12,615 nt of DNA from Candidatus Hodarchaeota archaeon (GTDB lineage: Archaea; Asgardarchaeota; Heimdallarchaeia; Hodarchaeales; Hodarchaeaceae): assembly GCA_016839785.1 (NCBI GenBank), contig JAEOTQ010000161.1, forward strand, positions 1 to 12,615, given 5' to 3'. Within the stretch, counting starts at the first letter, position 1. Every line of letters begins with the position of its first letter. Shown piece after piece: positions 7,584-12,615 of this stretch. The notes beneath the pieces are model-generated. The model had not been told where the DNA came from and searched no databases. It was given only the letters and a program-made list of their open reading frames with translations. Both the position numbers and the translations under genes were made by a program.

Positions 7584-8183
7584 ATGACTCTTAAGAAATA
7601 TAAACAAATCTTTGAAGCATTAGATAACGAAAGACGAATAGAGTTGTTTGAATATATCCTGCAAAGAATTTTCATTTCAAAAAGTGAACTAGCCAAGAAG
7701 TATGATCTCAATCGTGCAAGCCTGAACCATCACTTAAAGATTATGTTGAACGCAGGCATAATATTCGAAAGAGGACTCATTCTTGATGGGCGAAAGCAAA
7801 TATTCATTACTCCTGCAGTCGTTCTACATCCAGATCGACTTATTGAACCAATGGAAGAATACCAAAATTTCGCAGAACAGTTAGAGGAATGGACTAGACG
7901 GAATCTAACAGCTGATACGTGGCAAATATTAAAGGAGGAGTTAAATAGACACGAAATTTCCCCAAATATTGTTGATATAGTTGAGATTCGCTTATTTCCG
8001 TCACTAATGAAACGAGTGTCAACTACAACTGAATATTGCTACATCTGCAGAACAGAAGAAGCACGAAGCTCTTGTAATACCTGTAAAAACTTGATTTGTA
8101 AGACTCATGAGCACAAAATCAAGCGAGAAGGCGAAGAAACAATTACTCTATGTCCAAACTGCGTGGAAAAGTTTTTTGGATGA
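7584..8183 (+). CDS. ArsR/SmtB-like winged-helix transcriptional regulator with C-terminal Cys/His zinc-finger domain
   Basis: N-terminal IFEALDNERRIELFEYI...SELAKKYDLNRASLNHHLKIMLNAGII (ArsR-type HTH). C-terminal C-x2-C-x8-C-x2-C-x4-C-x2-H-x14-C-x2-C. Confidence 0.85.
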   Translation: MTLKKYKQIFEALDNERRIELFEYILQRIFISKSELAKKYDLNRASLNHHLKIMLNAGIIFERGLILDGRKQIFITPAVVLHPDRLIEPMEEYQNFAEQLEEWTRRNLTADTWQILKEELNRHEISPNIVDIVEIRLFPSLMKRVSTTTEYCYICRTEEARSSCNTCKNLICKTHEHKIKREGEETITLCPNCVEKFFG

Positions 8184-8258
8184 AATTTTCCTAAATTGGA
8201 AGAAATCATTAAAGAACCAGTTTTATAAAAAAAGAGGAAGTTAGCTAAAGAAGTTTCT

Positions 8259-10649
8259 TTAGCCAATAATTCTACTTACAGTTTCTTCAGAAATTGTCGC
8301 CTGAAAGAGTGATCGGAGAGAGAAATAAGTAGCTAAAATAATTCCTAGGCACACATTCACAACTGTAATTGCAATACTGACTGGTGATAACTCAAAAACA
8401 AAAATCACACCAAGTGTTGCTGCCCAATCATACAGTAAGTCTATCATAAATACACTACCAATAAAACCAAAAACTACACCACCAACTCCAGTGATTATAA
8501 GTTCTAGTAGGATATTTGTAAATATTTCCTTGTTTGAAACTCCTAATGCTCTAAAGTTGATGAAATCGTATTTTCGTTCAGAAATCGAAATGGAAATTAC
8601 CGTTACTGCAATAGAAACTCCAACTAATAGACCAGCAATTAATGCAAGTAAAATTAGTACCATAGCTAAGCTATTAACTAAATCAATAGTTTCCTTGAGA
8701 TCATTCTTGTTAATAACTTTGTACACTTGGGACTCTAATTCAATTTTTGACGAAAGCTGATCTGGATCTGAAGTCTTGATGTAAATGGCGTTTGAGCTAT
8801 TATCCTCTAATTGAACTAGCATACGCGCTGTATCGATTGTACAGTAAATCCCTGATCCAGTGAGTTCATTTAGTATGTTTCCTATTGTTAAGGTGTATTC
8901 TTCATTTAAAACTTTGATTTTGATATTATCTCCCGATCTAACTTTAAAGTTCAGTGCTAAATCTTTAGTTATTATAAGTTCTCCTTCTGCAGGAAATATA
9001 TCATTATCAAAACGCCGCATATCAGAATTGAGAGTCAGTCCTGTCAAACTGTAAATTCGTGACAAGTCTTGTGAAAACCGAATTGGAACAAGTAACGCTA
9101 ACTCACTTTCATCGATCTTTCCTGCATTCTCTTGAAGTAAAGCCGAAATTTGGCTATCATTTTGATAATTACTAAAAATTACCTGAATATCCCAATTTTG
9201 ATAATAATCCATTTGTTTATCAAAACCTGAATAATAATTAATGGTGATATTTGACCCAAAGAACGAAACAAACGTTGCTAGAAAGATACCCGCTAGAACA
9301 AAGTACGATTTCCTCTTTTCTTGGAAAATAGAGCGAATTGAGAATTTTGAGAGAGGAGAAAGGGGACGAAACTTAGTTGTAAAACGTTCAAGTAGGGTCA
9401 ATTTACCTGGTTGGAATTTTGCTACAGGTTTCATTGCGTCTAATGGTCGCATCTGGAAAATTTTTCTAACGGCTAAGATGGAGCTTACTGATGTCAAGAC
9501 ACAGGTAAGAAGAAAATAGCTTATTGCAGGTAATAATGAAACCACACCTAAGGTTTTTACACTTGGCAGTTTTTTTATCCCAGATAATTCAAAAATCATA
9601 TAATCGCTTAAGCTTATTCCGATTATCGCGCCACATACGGAACCAATAATCCCGCCAATCAAGCTGATGATCAAAGAATAGAAAATTGTGCTTACCATTA
9701 GTTCACGATTTGTAAACCCTAAAGATTTGAACAGACCTAGAATAGGAAGCTCTTCTTCAATTGTTCTTTTCAGGACAATAAATAGTAAGATCGCAGCTAT
9801 CCCAGTAAAAGTTATAGCCATTATAACAGCCATACCTAGTAACTCTAAACCTATTACATCTATGTAGAAATTTCTTCCCTCAGTATTTAATATGTTTTTT
9901 TCGCCTAGTACTGTAAAGAGTTCTCCTAGAAACAAATTTTTCTCGGAAGGATCATCAAAATGAAATGCTACTTGATTAGCTTTGACTTCATTATTTGTAA
10001 CACTCAATAAATCAGCATACCGCATCCAAATTACAGGCCCAGACCAAAAATCAAAAAATTCACTAGCGGCAGCTCCAGGTGCTACCATGTATTCAGGTGA
10101 ATCCACATGAGCTATTGTACTCACAATGAAAGGTTCAGATTGTGGAACGTTAGGTGTGATTGTAAGGTGCCCACCAATTTGCCAATCATTAAGTTCAGCT
10201 GTGAATTTGTCAACTATTGACACGTTGGAAGAATTAGAATCATATAAAGTCTCAATTACACCTGTATGGTAATATAACTTATCTACATGTAACGGACGAG
10301 AACTATTTACTCCGTAAAGTCGTGTAGTAATCCCTGTTTCTCCTGTATCTTTACTAACTTTAACTTCAATAAAAGATCGGACTTCAAAATCAGGATCTAT
10401 CCCTGAGTTCATCATCGCTTGGTGCACAAGTTGGGTTAGATCTGTTACATCTGTGGGAGTAACTGTTACTAGAAGATGATGATACCTAAGATTTCCCCAA
10501 GAAGCATTGGTAGCTTCAGCCCATGTGAGATAAACATTACTGTACATGATTGCGGCCATACCACCTATAATAATGACAATGAATATAGGAATAGATCGAA
10601 TTTTCCTTCGTTTCAAATCCCTCCAAGCCTTCAGAAAAAATAACTTCAT
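8259..10649 (-). CDS. ABC transporter permease, FtsX/MacB/LolE-like with two permease repeats
   Basis: N-terminal KAWRDLKRRK + TM, a large extracytoplasmic domain and ILGLFKSLGFTNREL, then a second repeat with ISERKYDFINFRALGVSNKEI. Start placed at ATG 10649 rather than TTG 10655 because GAGGT lies 7 nt upstream. Confidence 0.92.
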   Translation of the reverse strand: MKLFFLKAWRDLKRRKIRSIPIFIVIIIGGMAAIMYSNVYLTWAEATNASWGNLRYHHLLVTVTPTDVTDLTQLVHQAMMNSGIDPDFEVRSFIEVKVSKDTGETGITTRLYGVNSSRPLHVDKLYYHTGVIETLYDSNSSNVSIVDKFTAELNDWQIGGHLTITPNVPQSEPFIVSTIAHVDSPEYMVAPGAAASEFFDFWSGPVIWMRYADLLSVTNNEVKANQVAFHFDDPSEKNLFLGELFTVLGEKNILNTEGRNFYIDVIGLELLGMAVIMAITFTGIAAILLFIVLKRTIEEELPILGLFKSLGFTNRELMVSTIFYSLIISLIGGIIGSVCGAIIGISLSDYMIFELSGIKKLPSVKTLGVVSLLPAISYFLLTCVLTSVSSILAVRKIFQMRPLDAMKPVAKFQPGKLTLLERFTTKFRPLSPLSKFSIRSIFQEKRKSYFVLAGIFLATFVSFFGSNITINYYSGFDKQMDYYQNWDIQVIFSNYQNDSQISALLQENAGKIDESELALLVPIRFSQDLSRIYSLTGLTLNSDMRRFDNDIFPAEGELIITKDLALNFKVRSGDNIKIKVLNEEYTLTIGNILNELTGSGIYCTIDTARMLVQLEDNSSNAIYIKTSDPDQLSSKIELESQVYKVINKNDLKETIDLVNSLAMVLILLALIAGLLVGVSIAVTVISISISERKYDFINFRALGVSNKEIFTNILLELIITGVGGVVFGFIGSVFMIDLLYDWAATLGVIFVFELSPVSIAITVVNVCLGIILATYFSLRSLFQATISEETVSRIIG

Positions 10650-10667
10650 TTTCAAAACCTCTATAAG

Positions 10668-11408
10668 TTATATTTTTTCAATGGCTGGAGCAGTTGTGAG
10701 GGTGTCCCAAAACTCTTCTTCTTTAGCTCGATCATAGGCTGAAGTTCCGAAGATCTTGCCATCTCGTAAATAAATGACTTTATCCGCTAGATATGAAATT
10801 CCAACGTTGTGGGTAATCAGTATCATCGTAACATTGTGATCTTTGTTAATTTTTTTAAGTAATTTCAATATTTTCCCAGTTGCTTCACTATCTAGATTCC
10901 CTGTTGGTTCATCAGCTAATAATATCTTAGGTTTTTTAGCTAATGCTCTTGCAATAGCTACTCGTTGTTGTTCCCCACCACTTAGCTGTGATGGGAATTT
11001 ATTGAATTTATCCCCTAAACCAACTTCTTCTAGTAAGTCTTTTGTTATTTTTCGTGCTTCATCCGAAGAATTGGTCAGCTTGGCTGCTAGTTCAACATTT
11101 TCAAATGCAGTTAAGGAACCTACAAGATTGTAAAATTGAAAAATAAATCCTACATTTTTCCGTCGATATTGAGTCAATTCCTTCTCAGAAAGTGAAGACA
11201 CTTCCAAATCATGGAATTGAATTGTACCCTCTGTTGGACTATCAATAGCTCCAATTAGGTTAAGAAATGTCGTTTTTCCTGAACCAGAAGGTCCTAATAC
11301 TGCGATAAACTGTCCTTCCTCAATGGAAATGGTGATCTCCTGAAGAGCAGGAACAGTTAATTCACCCATTTTATAACTTCTTGATAACTCTTTTATTTGT
11401 AGTGACAT
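10668..11408 (-). CDS. ABC transporter ATP-binding protein (LolD/MacB-like family)
   Basis: Walker A GPSGSGKT, GFIFQFYNL, signature LSGGEQQR, Walker B ILLADEPTGNLD, H-loop ITH. Short gap to the permease suggests an operon. Confidence 0.97.
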   Translation of the reverse strand: MSLQIKELSRSYKMGELTVPALQEITISIEEGQFIAVLGPSGSGKTTFLNLIGAIDSPTEGTIQFHDLEVSSLSEKELTQYRRKNVGFIFQFYNLVGSLTAFENVELAAKLTNSSDEARKITKDLLEEVGLGDKFNKFPSQLSGGEQQRVAIARALAKKPKILLADEPTGNLDSEATGKILKLLKKINKDHNVTMILITHNVGISYLADKVIYLRDGKIFGTSAYDRAKEEEFWDTLTTAPAIEKI

Positions 11409-11564
11409 GATGATTTACCACCAGATAGCGACTTTTAATGAGGATTTTTATAGTAAATAGGAAAATAAGAGTTTTTTACCCTAATTTCTATCTCATTTCA
11501 ATAGGTAAACATATGTTTCCAGATCATCGTAAATATTATACAAGGATTCGGTGTTTTTGAATTT

Positions 11565-11615
11565 TTGGACAAAGTTGAGGTAAATACTATTGTACCTTAT
11601 TTTGAGAAACTAGCC
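11565..11615 (+). repeat. probable decayed copy (F) of the dispersed site
   Basis: TTGGACAAA GTT (compare TTAGACAAAGTT and ATGGACAACGTT), GAG, then GTAAATAC TATT GTAC CTTATTTTG AGAAACTAGCC. This reads as box-N4-box (with ATAT deleted)-N9-core. Confidence 0.45.
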
Positions 11616-11855
11616 AGAGGATAAACTCACTCCAAAAAAACGCTAACTCGGAGAGTATTAACCTTCCACTATGAGTAAAATCACAATTGAAGCGTCTATT
11701 CATTCTTTGTTTCGTATGGAGCAATTCGATATCTTCTACAATCTTTGTGTTAGAGAAGGGAAGAATTTTTGTTATAAGTGTAAACAAGAAGGATGTTAAT
11801 TTAAAGAATAGATTAAATCACTAACTTCCGTACTCAAAGTTGAATAGATTTCAAG

Positions 11856-11907
11856 ATATATACCCTAGTTTATACTTTTGTCATCTAAACCAGCCTTAGA
11901 CAAAGTT
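11856..11907 (+). repeat. dispersed intergenic site, copy E (single full unit)
   Basis: ATATATAC CCTA GTTTATAC TTTTGTCAT CTAAACCAGCC TTAGACAAA GTT. Confidence 0.93.
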
Positions 11908-12263
11908 AGTAAAAAATTAAAAAAAAAGAAAAAAGCATCTATGACACTTTTTCACTAACGAATCGTCATTTAAGATTGAGAATTTGAAAAAATCGATTCA
12001 CTTTTCTCGAAAACGGGTAGATCTTCACCTATCAGATTTAAAAAGCATTCAAACGATTTTAACTGCAATAGCTTGCGATTAACTTTCTCCTGAGTCCCAG
12101 AAGTCCATCTCCTTATAGATAAGTCTTTTACTTGAGTCTTAATTGCAGTAACCTATATTTTTTTAAACTTCAATGAGCTACATTTTGTTGTACTTTAAGA
12201 TCAATCCCGCTTGTTGTGTGTTTAAATAGAGTTACTTGTGCACTAGAACGGCAGGTGAAAATA

Positions 12264-12615
12264 ATGAAAAGAAATGGGATTTTTTGCATCATAGTACTAT
12301 TGTCTGTATTATTATCATTCTTTGTCACGGCTCTCATCCTATTGACTGAAACGGATGAATCTGAAACGGATGAATCTGAAACGGATGAATCTGGAGTTGT
12401 TCCCGAATTTAAAGATCATATTATACAAAGTGGATTAGATGGTCCTCTCTATGTATCAACAATAGATTTAGACCAGGATACCGATAATGATATTTTAGTA
12501 ACAATCTTTCACGGGAACAAAGTTGTTTGGTATGAGAATAGAGGGAATAAAAGTTTTCAGGAACATGTTATCGATAAGGATTGTAGACAAGCAGTTTGTG
12601 TTCATGGAACCGATC
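12264..12615 (+). CDS. membrane-anchored/secreted FG-GAP (VCBS-like) repeat protein, 5' partial
   Basis: Not in the ORF track because it runs off the end. GGTGA SD at 12254-12258. Reads MKRNGIFCIIVLLSVLLSFFVTALILL-T-(ETDES)3-...IDLDQDTDNDILV...VVWYENRGNKSFQEHVID, with a DxDxDxxxD Ca-binding loop and WYEN motif. Confidence 0.88.
   Translation, partial: MKRNGIFCIIVLLSVLLSFFVTALILLTETDESETDESETDESGVVPEFKDHIIQSGLDGPLYVSTIDLDQDTDNDILVTIFHGNKVVWYENRGNKSFQEHVIDKDCRQAVCVHGTD
12346..12393 (+). repeat. perfect 15-bp tandem repeat x3.2 (CTGAAACGGATGAAT)
   Basis: Copies at 12346, 12361 and 12376 plus CTG; in frame, encoding ETDES x3. Confidence 0.97.

Noticed and set aside
8491-11133. + strand ORFs 8491-8760, 8860-9054, 9241-9519, 10546-10737, 10843-11133
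   Set aside because: Antisense shadows of the well-supported ABC genes
11587-11787. 66-aa minus-strand ORF
   Set aside because: No motifs; overlaps decayed repeat F
11970-12152. Stop-to-stop open frame of 61 codons on the minus strand
   Set aside because: No start codon near its 5' end and no recognisable family; may be a remnant but cannot be supported
1-12615. Integrase, transposase, tRNA or rRNA genes
   Set aside because: No ORF shows recombinase or transposase motifs, and I saw no GC-rich structured RNA-like segment

Overview
AT-rich window that looks archaeal (GGTGA/GAGGT ribosome-binding motifs, oligo-T 3' tails, N-glycosylation-rich surface proteins with Thr-rich linker, TM and basic tail). 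The TPR, Zn-finger and surface-protein repertoire suggests Asgard archaea such as Heimdallarchaeia, but that is inference only. Genes in order: 3' end of a BBE-domain FAD oxidoreductase, a probable ABC-2 permease fragment, an 885-aa surface glycoprotein with an internal duplication, endonuclease V (nfi), a 5'-truncated surface-protein remnant, a 613-aa TPR protein, an ArsR-type HTH fused to an 8-ligand Zn finger, a MacB/LolCDE-type ABC pair, and the start of an FG-GAP/VCBS-repeat protein. The most striking signal is non-coding. A fixed-geometry ~52-bp site, GTATATAC-N4-GTATATAC-N9-CTAAACCAGCC-N4-AC-N3-GTT, occurs whole, in tandem or as half-sites in nearly every intergenic region. It is always on the + strand whatever the gene orientation, so it partitions functionally unrelated genes like a cassette array. 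One copy sits in a 91-bp attC-like imperfect hairpin. No recombinase or transposase is encoded in the window, so the mechanism is a hypothesis.
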